Shown here: piece after piece, positions 1 to 12,247 of the stretch | How positions within the stretch are numbered: the stretch's first letter is position 1 | Layout: each line of letters opens with the position of its first letter | Assembly (NCBI GenBank): GCA_040954595.2 | Contig: CM082580.2 | Coordinates: 13,504,242 to 13,568,241 of the forward strand | Direction of reading: 5' to 3' | DNA: 64,000 nucleotides | Source: Balanoglossus misakiensis | Taxonomy: Eukaryota > Animalia > Hemichordata | The notes under the pieces: model-generated | What the model was told of the DNA's origin: nothing | The model's database searches: none | What the model saw: only the letters and a program-made list of their open reading frames with translations | Made by a program: the position numbers and the translations under genes

Positions 1-2162
1 CCTCTGTGGCCAGTGACAAGGAGTTTTGGAAAGTTACAAATGTAGAACACCTACCTTGTCTTAATACCTTCCAACTGACGGAAATGTAGTTTTTAAAGAG
101 TTGTGTAGAGCACAGGGATCTGTATAACGAGCGAACGCAGCACCGATACAATCGATGATGTGATTATGATTCACAGAATAATGACGGCGACGGACCGCCC
201 TGGTGACACATCTATATATCGACTGCAATCTGAACACGATACCTGCACCAATGTTGACCGCGCTATTTACAGACCGACCTAGTCGACTTGCAAAGGTCGG
301 GTGAATAACATGGTAGCCTGATTAAATTATGAATATTAAGTGCTTTGAAGTTTTATTAGCAAATAATCGGGAATCGTGGTGTTTCGAGAGAACAGAACCG
401 CACTTTTTCATTTTTCTCATTCCATTGGTGAAATATAAAGTTCTCAATCAACATACTCCTTAATGCTTCGGAGGTCGACGTTCATATAAATGTGTAATCA
501 AATTATTTATGCTTCACATTAAAATTCACGAATATAAAGCACTAATTTATTTGTAATCATGACCATTTATTTCTATTTTGACACGTCGACTCGAGTTTTA
601 ATCTAAATATATATTTTATGAAATCTACCGAGTTTGCAGAGCTATTGTATGGATAATTATTCACCATAGCAACAAATTAAGGAGCCTGTTTGGGCTTGCC
701 GCCTCCACAAACTAAAATGTCACTTGCCACACATTGACTAGGGAAAGCAATCAATACAGTATCCGGACATTTGTTCAGATTATTGCTTTTTTGTGAACTC
801 GTCGATAGTTTGACTTCTTCCATGCTAACCTTAAATGAGGATAGGGTTGGTGAATAACAAAAGCTTTAGGTTTTTATGTTGGTTATGATTTTATTATTTT
901 GTGTGGCACAGAAAAATTTCGACGTCAAAGATGCGGAAAAATATTACAGGGTCAACCCCAGGTCAAAGTAAATTGTCTGGAGTGTCTATATTGCAAATCT
1001 GTTACATGAGTGCAGAGCCAATCACAAGTGCTTTGGTCTACGTGTTACAGGTGTACGGAAAGTAATTGACCAATCAGAATTGTCGGGGTCTAAATGATCG
1101 CTCTGATGATCTCTCGATTCTCTACTATCAATCACGTGTAGTGGCCATGCGACCCACGGCGTAGTCATTTCCAGAAGACGGACAAGCAATATTTCTTCAT
1201 CCAGTTGAAGTTTTTCCGAGTATGTTTTTACTTTAGAACCGACAGACACGTATAGACACGTAACATGTATCAGGTATGGTGCCTTATCAGCCTCGTGGAG
1301 TTTCGTCTACACAGTCTTTGCCAGGACCACGCCCAGGACCACGTTGTTGAAGATGCCTGGAATTTGAATGCCAACGTAACTGCCGCCGGACGTCATTTGA
1401 TATCGAAGAATTGCCACCATGTCAGTGTGTAGCTGTGTGTCTAAGGATTTACAGGTAAGATTTGTCATTTTCCAATAAATTTAAAGAACACCTTTATTAT
1501 AAAAATTCAATTTGTACATTATATAAAAGTTCCAAGGAGGAAAAAACAACAACCATAGAACAGTCAAGATGGCTGACCCCGGCCCATGTCATAACTGTAT
1601 GATATACCGGCAATGATTTCAATCATATAAAACTTTCATTGGCATCAGAGAATCAACAATCTCGTAAAAAAATCAGAGAATCAACAATCTCATAGAAAAA
1701 TAGGTGTTTTCAGAAATACACGTTTACATGTTTAACTCAAAAACTATTTGTGACAAATGAACACCAAGTACCAGGGCTTTATCACGTTACTGAGTTCAAT
1801 GTCTGATTTCAGAAATGTTAATTTTCAAGAACTTTTATTTATTCAACTGGATTTAATAACAAATGAGATTTAACCTATTCAAATTTAAATGTACAGCTAC
1901 ATTTAGAGGTTGATATGTTTGTGTATTATACCCATCAGTCAGCTCATTTAAATGAGCCAATCTATGCCTGAAAGTAAAATCATCAAAAATTGGAAAAAAG
2001 AGGCAGTTATTAGAGCTTTAAACGACCCATAATGGAACTTGTTCATGGACACCAGGACACTCCATATGAAAGCCATCAAGGTTTTTCAAAAGTGAGTTGT
2101 GATATCTTTATTAGGGTATTGAAGGCAAGCAGAAGTTGGCTGTCTGTTGGCTGAAAGGGTCT

Positions 2163-5100
2163 TTAATCATCTTTACTTCTGTGCACTTTGGCATCAGTGT
2201 CTGAGTTGTGACTTTTCTTGTCTGTTTGAGTTGCATCTGTATTGGCAAGATTGTCGTCCAGTTTCTTGTAAGATTTCTTGGCAGAAGGTAGAAGGAGTAT
2301 CATGGTGATGACAACAATTTGACCCCAGAAGTAATTTGCCCTGTGTTGAGGGAGGGAGAGAGAGAGACATTAACAAGGTTAAGAGAAGTAGGAATATGCC
2401 ATTAACAATGTATTCGCAATGAGAGTTTTAAATATGCCACCTATTTGAACAATGAAAAGCGCGCTAGAAGAACACTGTGCCTAAATACAGTCACTGAACA
2501 AACCCTCAACAATGCTTTGAGATTCAGTGCATCAACTAACCTGCCAAATTTTAATATGCGGGTATTATCACGAAGTTGAAACATCATCACCATGTACGAA
2601 AGTACTGTCCAGTGACCGGCCCATGTTACAACATCGTAGAAGAGCTTCTTTGGTTTTGAAGTTGTGAAGTACGGACGGATAATGATCCGACCCTGTTAAC
2701 AGGAAGAAATAGCGTGAGTTCAAGGGTTTGAATTAGTTCTGTCCTCCACTTAGTCGTTACTGGACTTAAAAACCAGAATACCAGTGTCACACCTATGGCA
2801 GTTAATGCCCTAAAAAACAGTTCACTGTGGCAGATTATCAGCAGGCTGTATTGTTTGAAAACATTGATGTAACTCCTCTATTGAACCATGGACACAAAGA
2901 ATTTTAGAGAACTTCCTCCTGTTCTGACACTAATACATTTTCTGAACATGAATTCACCATTTGCGTAATTTTCACATATTCACCTTTTTCTGTGCCATAA
3001 TGAGCAGCATAGCACTGCCATAGAACCAGAGATAACCCGGAAGAAATCCATGCCACAGTAGGGATAGCAGAATAGTCATAGACGCTTTGTTGGAACTTGG
3101 CAGGCGGTCATAACAAACATACTTCAACCAGCGATTCACAGACATGTGCCAATTATCAATTGACAATTTCAAATTGGATGAAAACTGCAATAGTACAGAA
3201 AAGGACAAATGTCATGCATTTAACAATCCCTTGACATGTAAATTGTAATATTGAGGATGAAGTATTCTTATTTTCCTTGGATTTCTAGCATAATATGTTT
3301 GCATGACATAAAACTTAGCAGACATAAAACTGACAAAGATTCACCAAGTAAGGCTTCAGGTAGACATTGGATGTAAGGTCCCACTTTGGTTGGCCATTTT
3401 CATCATAACCATTAAATCCAAAACCAGAGATATTACAGGCCACATCAGCTGAAAAAGAAATTGGTACATAGAAACATACAGAGATTTAGGAATGCTATAT
3501 GGAGAATTGTATAAGTAACTTTGAGGATGTTTATCACATAGCATACATTTGATGGCACACATACACACACATAGATCACTAGAGAAAGATTAGATTCAAA
3601 TACACCCTTTTCCATGAGCCTAGTGCCTTCAAGCAGCCATTATGAATTTAAACTCAAAGTGAGGCCAATGGGGAAATTCGACCAATCACATCAAGGCCAT
3701 TGGCCTCGCTTTGAGTTCAAATTCACAATAGCTGCGGGAGGGCACTAAACTTATGAAACAGGTGTATTACCTAATATCCAAGTAAAGAAATAAATGGGAT
3801 GAACAGCAAGCCATAGACAGGCCCATGGATACAGTACAAGGTAAATGAATGGGGTTGTATGCACCGATTTATCTGTAAGACAAAATATGAAAGTGTCAGA
3901 TATGGGGTAGTAGACTACCGATACTGAAATATTACATTTTAAAATAAGTCTTTAAATAATTTCTCCAGACATGGAGAAATTACACAGTTATAGTTTAAGT
4001 GGGAAGCCATATTGGTTTATGATCAAAAAGAGACAGCAGTCAGCAAACAGCCATAGCATTTATTTTTACTCACCTAAGTTGCCCACTAATGGTACCTTCG
4101 ACCCCAACAGGTAGAAGACCAAGATAAGAAGGATTACAATCACCAGTTTTTTGACAACAGAGGCCTGGATATCAAAAAAATGGAAAATATTATAGTGGCC
4201 TTAGTACTCCCAACAGTTTCAATATCAAACACACATGAATTCATAGAAAATTCAAATAGTTTTAACATAATTTGCATAACTGTCACTGCGACCAGCAAAA
4301 GTTGGAAACGTACAGTTACTGGTGGTTCCTCAGCAATCACAACTTCTTTCCCATCTTTCATTTCTGTGTACGGCATTGTATGTCTGCCTTCTATAAAGTC
4401 TGCGTAATGTTTGAAGAAACAGAAAGGTCCCGCGACCAGAGATTGGAAATGGAATAGGTAACTCAAGTATTCAATAATAGTTGGGATGCGCCTGCATATA
4501 AAAAAAAACAATAAAAAACTAAATACATGCTTGATTGCTTCTAATCAGCTGAGTTCGTCTGCGAGAAGTACTAGAAAAGTTTGTGCTCACTATACAAAAA
4601 CTATGTAAGTATGCCAATACAAACCTACCTAACTGCAAGCTTCCTATTGTGGTCGCTTAATTCTGTGTCCTCTGCAAAACCTTTAAATAAACACAGAGAA
4701 GTATACCAACAAATAAGAGAAAGACTTGACACCTGAAGATGCTATCCATATCAGTGTGTGATTGATAGTCTGTAGGTTACAGGTATAAAAAGCAAATACC
4801 AACATCAGCGCTAAAAGGGCAATGTATCCTTACCATCATGTATACTCCAGGCCAAGCTGCTGATTTTTTCTGTAAATATCATCATAGTTCTGGAAAAAGA
4901 ATCAGAAAGTTCAAGGTCTCGATGATTCTCTACATTTCCTTATAGATTCATTAACAATAGTCTGTTTTACACTGTCCCAAGATCTTGAAAATCAGGAAAA
5001 TTTACTCATCTATGCACTTTGTACCTGAACAGATAAGTTAAAATGAAGTCAATTACTACCACTTCATTGGTATGGTTTGGTCCATCCCCACTGTGACCAG

Positions 5101-5872
5101 TGGTGTGGCTGGACCAGTCTACAGACAAATAGGGGTGCAAGGGTAGCAAGATGACAAAATCTTACTTACACGATAACAATGTTGCGTGAATAGCCCTGTA
5201 GAAGATCTTTCAGATTAGCAACAACTAAGAAACCCATGGCAACAAGGAAGACTACTTTATGCATATTCGGTGGTTTCATAGAGACTATTAAGATGTAACA
5301 GGACAATGCTTGGAGAAGCAAAAATATCATACCCCTGCAAAAGAAAAACAAAATATAAACCATGATTGTATAGTTTGGATTGATGTTGTTGATCATATAA
5401 ATGTATTATTATCAATGGTATTACTGTAGTTGTTGTTGTTGTCATTATTGAATAATATTTCTACCAAGGGACAAACTCCAAGGGTACCTACCATGAGTGT
5501 ATATAGAAACTGAAGTAGAATCCCACCACACAGGCCACAGAGTGTCTTGTAGTGGCGGTGACTTTGCTTGGATGTAGAAGGGTTCTGAAAGGCACTCCTA
5601 GTACCACAGCAAGTACAAGGAAAAACATGGTAGTTGCCTGAAATACAAGACAAAGTATATCTTATTATCAATGTAGTTCAATATTACTCCCCAAAATGAA
5701 AATACCAAACAAACACACACACACAAAGTTTAAAAATACAGACACACTACGCAAAAACACACACTAATAACAACCTCAACTTTACTTTTCAATGAATGAA
5801 ACTCACCTCATGTGGTAAAAATCCTGTAACGTCACTCAGTTTGAGAATAAAATTCGACAAACCAGGAGCCAT
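2163..5872 (-). CDS. MBOAT1/2-like membrane-bound O-acyltransferase (lysophospholipid acyltransferase family), 12 coding exons, 496 aa
   Basis: Hand-spliced exons, all GT-AG and phase-consistent: 5807-5872, 5492-5637, 5170-5334, 4834-4889, 4629-4680, 4314-4491, 4074-4164, 3771-3872, 3345-3448, 2984-3184, 2541-2692, 2163-2340. Starts MAPGLSNFILKLSDVTGFLPHE. MBOAT1/2 motifs: TMMIFTEKISSLAWSIHDG, PTIIEYLSYLFHFQSLVAGPFCFF, SGFGFNGYDENGQPKWDL, IDNWHMSVNRWLKYVCYDR and the catalytic LLWHGFLPGY. Ends HRSKDD*. I cannot resolve orthology between MBOAT1 and MBOAT2 by eye. Confidence 0.92.
3599..3768. mobile_element. Palindromic MITE-like element in an MBOAT intron
   Basis: About 70-bp imperfect inverted arms, tacaccc...aaactcaaagtgaggccaatgg and ccattggcctcgctttgagttc...ggtgta, around a spacer of about 25 nt. 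Both ends are TA. Confidence 0.7.
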
Positions 5873-6081
5873 ATTGACTGATTCAGCTACGCCTCTTCAA
5901 TATAAAATTGATGACCTATATTTATAAATTTCTACTAAAGTATAATGAAAAGAAATGAAAACCAAAATGTTAGTCCATAGACTTTGGCATTGGATTGAAG
6001 TGAAGTTCTTTGTTTTCATTTGGTACTTTCACAAATTTTATATCCACAGTACAGAAGCTCTTTAACGCTGGGACTGTCACA

Positions 6082-6273
6082 TAAGGGGAGAACCAATTGA
6101 CTTATAGGGTCTGGAGGATTTTTGGAAGGAAAAAATGCTTGCAGATGATGTGGAGGAAAAGAAAACATATTTCTTCTGCGTTAACTTGAGGGAAAATGTG
6201 GTTGGCATACCCTATTCGTCCACCCAACCCAGAAATCCTTCACCCCTCCCAGAAATTAAATGGTTCTTTCCTA
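6082..6273. mobile_element. Degenerate MITE
   Basis: Terminal inverted repeats (taa)ggggagaaccaattga and taaatggttctttcc(tag), plus an internal inverted pair ggaggatttttgg / ccagaaatccttc. Confidence 0.5.
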
Positions 6274-6281
6274 GCTCCTAA

Positions 6282-6724
6282 CCCTGGGGGCCCTGCCCTA
6301 TAAAGAATGGTGTACAGACACGGTTTTGACCCGACCCCCCGTACTTTCCGCCTTGTGTAAACTTTTGACACAGCAAATTTAGATAATGGTTACTCTTGAC
6401 CACTGCTTTTTAACTCAAAGGCGACTTTTGACGTCCGATTTGGACCACACATAGCCCTCATTTTGCTCGGGTCTTTCCCTTATAGTCTTGTGACGTAATC
6501 TTGCGCCCGTCAGTCGTATGGTGGCGCTACGTACATGACTGGCATTCCATTCCAATGTTTACCATAATGCATCGACTTTGACCCCAAAATGTTCTAGAAA
6601 ATGTAGATTTTTGACCACAGCCAAAATGTAGAATTATCACCTAATGAGCTTTGTAGTTTGAACCGTCCTGTGTGCACCTGTACCCTAGGCTCGCGGGGCT
6701 GATTGCCCCCCCCCCCCCCTCGGG
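6282..6724. mobile_element. Possible non-autonomous DNA transposon
   Basis: Ends ccctggggg and cccccctcggg. About six dispersed tttgac(c)-like internal motifs. No coding capacity. Confidence 0.35.
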
Positions 6725-7106
6725 CCCTTGGACATAAACCATGTCCATGGCAACATGCAATCCAATCCGTTGAGGTATTAATATTGAACACACACTACAA
6801 AATAGGTCACATGTATTAAAATTTTGCACATATTATTTTGGGGTAGAAAACAGATAGGCATTCGTTATTCATTCTTTGGATACCGCACCACCCCACGCCC
6901 TATTCGAGGCTCAAATCAACCAGTGATCACAACGTCCCACTAGTTGATTTGAAGGCCTGGGGTCAAAAAATCACAGCTGCACTCCAAAGTGTGACACGTT
7001 TATATAATTATGCGAAACTTGTTCGCGCATGACAAAGGTGGAATCAAATTAAACCAGATTTCTACGCAACAAACAAACACCACGATGGAGGACAAATTCT
7101 ACTCAC

Positions 7107-7260
7107 AATACCAATGTCAAAATCGCCGCTGTCACTTATTGCGGTGGGAGAGTAACTCAATGAATATCATTGATACAACACAACAGAGCAACAAGCCAAG
7201 ACCATGACCTCAAAACTGATTGGACGCCGTTGCGGCTGACAACCAATCAAGACAACTTAA
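7107..7260 (-). promoter_or_regulatory. Probable non-coding first exon and CCAAT promoter of the MBOAT gene
   Basis: Minus-strand donor GTGAGT at 7101-7106. CCAAT boxes in both orientations at about 7218-7223 (gattgg) and 7244-7249 (ccaatc). Confidence 0.45.
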
Positions 7261-7356
7261 CGCAGGTCACACCATCACCAGTCAAGGTTGAATTTCGAAA
7301 ACCTTATTAAGTACATGACACGTCGCAAGTCGTATATTTCTGAATGCTGTGAATCC

Positions 7357-7515
7357 GTAGCCCAGACAGTCCCTTTGTACGAACAGACAGAACAGACATA
7401 AACAGCGAATCTAGTCACGGATCGTAGTAGAAACATGTAGAAACAGGATCATGACGTGTACGCGGTGACCCAGATTCTCTGCTCGGTATGGGGGCGCTAC
7501 AGCTCTGGTTACTAG
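7357..7515. repeat. Degenerate palindromic element upstream of the MBOAT promoter
   Basis: Inverted pairs gtagcccaga / tctggttac and agcgaatctagtcac / gtgacccagattctct. Confidence 0.4.
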
Positions 7516-10246
7516 GCGTTTCCACCCAACACCGTCGGAACAAATTTGCCTCTGATTTGATAAAATTGTTAGGTCGGCCTAAACTACAATAAATCACCAA
7601 AGTTTCGATTAGGTGAGACATTTTGGAATAGGCCCAGGACACTAAATTTACTTTTTATCCGAATCTACTACTGTAAAGAAATATCGTTTTCAGATTACTT
7701 TGGATATGGGAGCATCCGCAAACCTCGTGAAGTAGACAGCATACACAGTGGTATACCCATCACCATTGCTGGTAACAAAACGTGAAGAAATGGCGCCGTT
7801 TAATCACGCGAGCCGAACGAACAAAGCCTAAAAATATCACGGCCATGGTCGTGGGGCCCGTGGAATCAGACAGCACAAAACAGCTAGCTCGGATCCACCG
7901 ATGAAATCCTCCGACATCTTTCATAATCATAAAGCAAAGCATGTTGATATTTTCGTGGGAAACGGCACGACAAAAGTAACGAGGGGGACAAATGTGATCT
8001 GCAAAACACAAAGATTGTCGTCAAGGCGCGGAGGTTTAAGTTTCGAAGTCTGACGAGCAAGAGGAAACCAGGGCCAAAGAAAAACGACAGTTGACATCCG
8101 AATGCATTTGTCTGGCATGAATATAGCACATTCTGTATGGAAATGCATTCAATTTCCTGAGCATTATACAGTCTTTTATGGTATCCTGCTAGAATTGAAA
8201 TGCTTGGAAAATATTGTCGTCCAAAATGCGAGGCTGCTAATGAAATATTCGATATCTAATAGATTATGCATCTTGAATATGGAATTGTTGTCAACCGTTG
8301 CTTTTATGTTCTCTGGCCAAGACACGTGTTTTACCACAATCGCCAAGTTTGCAGAATGATATAATGCAGAATGATATAACAACTAGTCTTGACTCGATTG
8401 CAACTCACCTGATATTGCAGTGCGGTGCATTGTGGATAAAATATTAAGAACTTCTTACTAACCCGCCGAAATGCGTTGTCGCAAAAATTCCGATTCGATA
8501 TTCATCATCGCATGCCATCATCCACCGCAACGAAACAGACTTGTACTTTGTCCGACAAGCGTTGCCCTTACCTAAGGATATACCGAGCGAGATGCCACAA
8601 ACAAACACAAATACCATAGGCATTACAAGATCTTGTGTGATGCAGGTAGACGGACCGCGGTCAAAGACTCTGACTGTTGAAAATAGAACAGGTGTTCGTT
8701 AATTCGAGGACGAGACAAACCACACATCATGTCAGACAATGAATTCAAGTCACTTTATATTCACAGTGGCGACTTCCTGATGCTGTCAGATAACAAAATG
8801 GAACATTTCCATTTAGATCTACTCTCATTGTATTCAAACATGAAAAACGAACAAAAAAGGGAATCGAGTTAAATTACTTTCAAAGACAAAATCTTGTCCA
8901 CCTGTCCCGCCTCAAGAACGACCATCGTCATGCGGAATACACGGAACAATTTACCCCGTGCAAAACAAATTTTAATATCAATTGAATGAGTAAGGATGTA
9001 TACCATTTAAAATTTATCATGCAGAACTCGATTAACTTGTCTCATAATTCCCTAATGTGGCTCCGCAGTTGGGAGAAACAGTTATCGATACAACATGTTT
9101 CATTTCTCATGCGTCTCTATTAAAGTCATATCTGTCATGTCACGTTTTGAATGTCAATGGGAAGGGCGATATTAAACTGAGGACAGATTACTGAAATTTA
9201 CTTTTTTTTTTAGATCGAGTATAAGATCATCATAAACTCCTTTGGAAGGAACGGTTTTATCGTCATTTTGTATAGTTACTAAATAGTACATTCATTGCGA
9301 TGGGCATGAGTCCAGGTGATATGCTAAATTTTGGGATGGCGACAAGTCATGGTGTGTCACAGTGCCGTCCCGATGGCGAGCAGGTTTTCCATTTGTGGAA
9401 AAGACTTGGTACATTCTTGTACTTCTAAGTTTGGTCTTCTTAACGAGGATTTAGGTTACAAATACGTTTCTCTTCCTTTGCTATCATAGCCTGCTTCTTA
9501 CATTCAAATTATCTCAGAAGAGTTGATCTCATTGGTTGAAACATTCGTGTTCCTTACTTCCCCCGGGCAGCTGGCCAATCAGGGACATTCTAATTTTTGG
9601 AGGACCACGCCGCGGGAGGTGGCAGAAAAAATGTCAATGCAAGATTTGGGACTTGCGTATAAGCAGTCTGTAACGGCAGAATAGTTTTTTTTTCTGAGAT
9701 AGAATGGCAGTTAGCTAGGTTGAAACACACATGGAGGACGTTTCAATAGAGATGAAAGTGGCAATTGCCACCAATTGGTTGAAAGATGAGTAAAGATGTG
9801 TATCACACCAAGTCTTAATTTCTCTGCGGACGTTTTGATCAGGGGATAAAATTACCAGAAATCCACAAGCAAAAGTTATTAAAGTTTTAAAAATGACTGC
9901 AATATTTTTTATATCCTCGATCGATAGTATTCACTTTCCTCTAAACGAAAAAAAAATATCTTTGTATGTACATGTATGTCAATTTCAAAATAATTTCTCT
10001 CTTTCTTCTTAATAACGCATTATAAAAGGCTTCCCCAAAGATTAAAAATGCTCCAAAAACAGAATCTCGCCGTTTCAATACCATTCCCACCGAAGGTGCA
10101 TGAAACTTACCTGAAGGACCGGCTAGTTCTCGCAGATCATGTGGATAAAAACTGAATGCAGCTGAACGTCGGGTTGCTTCTTCCTCGCCATGGGACCGAG
10201 CTGTGATAAAGAACACAACCATCCAAAAGACAAGAAACTGCTGCAA

Positions 10247-10284
10247 TATAAAAGGCCTGTCAGACCACGTGACCAATCTCAGTT
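10247..10284 (+). promoter_or_regulatory. Candidate TATA + E-box/CCAAT + Inr core promoter
   Basis: TATAAAA at 10247, CACGTGACCAAT at 10266-10277, Inr-like TCAGTT at 10279-10284 (about 34 nt after the TATA start). Confidence 0.55.
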
Positions 10285-10412
10285 CATTTTTCTCTATGGT
10301 TTTTAGGATCACTCGATTGTGAGAAGCGACGCCTCAAAATTCCTCGCGGGAAGAGACCCTGACAAGTTACAGACAATTAAGATATTCTTCTCGTTGCCAT
10401 CGAGAATTAAAC

Positions 10413-11148
10413 ATGGGTCAGAACGTCGCCGTGGTATGACAGGTCAAACAAATTTATATAATACGACGGAAATGACAGGCTTAGAAATTAATTGCGCCCT
10501 ATCGACCGGGTGACTTTCCGTTTAAAATGCGTTTTATCTGTACGGAAGGTTCAATTTTTAACATCAGCAATCATGGGACATGACTGTCAAATGAGCGAGC
10601 AGGTGCACCGGGTGACGCCATTATCGTCTTCTTGATTACGTCAGCTGCTTATAGCATGACCACTTTCATTACCCCGTCATTTAGGCAAACGCCAGACAGT
10701 TGCCAAGGTCAACCCAGAAATTTGTAATTTGTGGACATTACATTTAGAGTCAAACTTAACATGTAACTGTAGGCCTGGTGTTCGACGTATTTTGTCTACT
10801 CCATGAATTGCAGTGCCCTGCGTGTAAAAGTTCGGCCTTTAATAATGAGTAGGGTTTAACACGACTGTCAGGAGACATGATATTCCGTTTGATGGGAAAT
10901 GTCATATTCATATATTCATATGTCTGCATCAAAACACACAAAAACCACACATTAAAAATTGCAATTCTATTATATATACACATTGAGAATACATAAAATC
11001 GTCGTCTCTCTAGTGTCACCGACATCCTGGTCGTCTGTTTGTTCCCGACAGAATGTCAGATCTCGACGCCGTTTTGACGGAAAAACGGAAGATTGTAGAA
11101 TTGTTTCAATCAGAAGAATTAAGTTACTTTGAGTTTCTTCGTGTCTAG
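10413..11148 (+). CDS. Candidate two-exon microprotein, 51 aa: MGQNVAVCHRHPGRLFVPDRMSDLDAVLTEKRKIVELFQSEELSYFEFLRV
   Basis: Exon 1 CDS 10413-10433 (aaacATGG Kozak context, donor GTG|gtatga, phase 0). Exon 2 CDS 11014-11148 (acceptor tcgtctctctag, open in phase 0 to TAG). Upstream TATA/Inr. No homology was checked. Confidence 0.55.
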
Positions 11149-12247
11149 TTTGGATTCTCGGACAGAATTGCGTTTTTGTAGCGTTTCTGGGACCGCTTTA
11201 TTTTCTGACCCTTTCACTTTGACATAATCGAGGCCGAATTCACTCACGCTTTTTCAACTTTCTACTATCTTTCTGACATTCTTAATACTCACGATTTCAA
11301 TAATTTACGGGAGTCGGAAAATTGAAAATTTATATCGCTCCACAATGAATTTGACAATGACTCTTTTTCCGTGTCAGTGACATCCTGTTATATTTTTTTC
11401 ACTCTGTGCACCAGAGTTCATTAAAGAAATTCATATCCTTTCAATTTCATTCCGGAAAGTGATATAGCCGAAAGATTAAGAATTGACGCCCGTAAAGCTG
11501 TACAAATCGAACAAAAACTGGCGATTAAAACTGTCGGTTGAGAAGTTCCGGAAGTTGCAGGGGTGCTAAGGCGTGTACTTCCGCTTTCGTTTTTAATGGC
11601 CGCAGGGCGTGGCTCTTTACGCCAAATATTAGTTTATGGCTGTGTCGGATTTGTTGTCGTCAGTGACAATGAACGGTCAATATTTGAATTAAATTGGCAC
11701 TATTTCACTTTAGCCTTGAATTTGAACACCGGTACTGCAATTCTTAGTAGGAAATTAATATCCCTGTAGTGAAAGGTTTAATGATATTATTCCCTTCGCA
11801 TGTAACATAGTGTCATAGTCATTGCAGACTTGCTGACCTCGGTCGAACATATGCCAGTGTGAACGTTTCAGTATAAAAATACAACACCTATGATTTTTTT
11901 CCATCATGGCCATTTCGGTGTTGAATGTTTGTCCCCAATGAAAACACACACATACACATTAGCTTCATATGTACAAAGAACTTTTCTCTTTATTTTCATT
12001 ATATCGGAACTGTGGTACAATCTTGAAATAAGACAATACAAGACTGTTGCAGTGTCAATCCTCCGTTTTGAATTTGATATCTCTATACATGATCCAAGTT
12101 ATATCTCTGTACACTGTAATGATACATCTGCATATATCAGTCTATTTTCTGGACTGATAGAAAAGTACGGAAGCAGTGAAAAAGTCGGTTGCCATGGCGA
12201 TTACACAGCAGCTCAGACAAAAGTTGAAAAGGCGGGCTTTGTTTTTT

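Noticed and set aside
49-313. Minus-strand donor-like site and open frame at the window start
   Set aside because: There is no in-frame ATG or recognisable homology. It may be a UTR exon of a gene outside the window, which cannot be supported here.
2163-5872. MBOAT as Porcupine (Wnt acyltransferase), tempting given the RECK and LYPD6-like neighbours
   Set aside because: Its motifs (SLAWSIHDG, GFGFNGYDENG, WLKYVCYDR) are MBOAT1/2-type, not PORCN-type.
9704-9722. tggcagttagctaggttg, loosely like miR-34
   Set aside because: The seed match is incomplete and I see no precursor hairpin.
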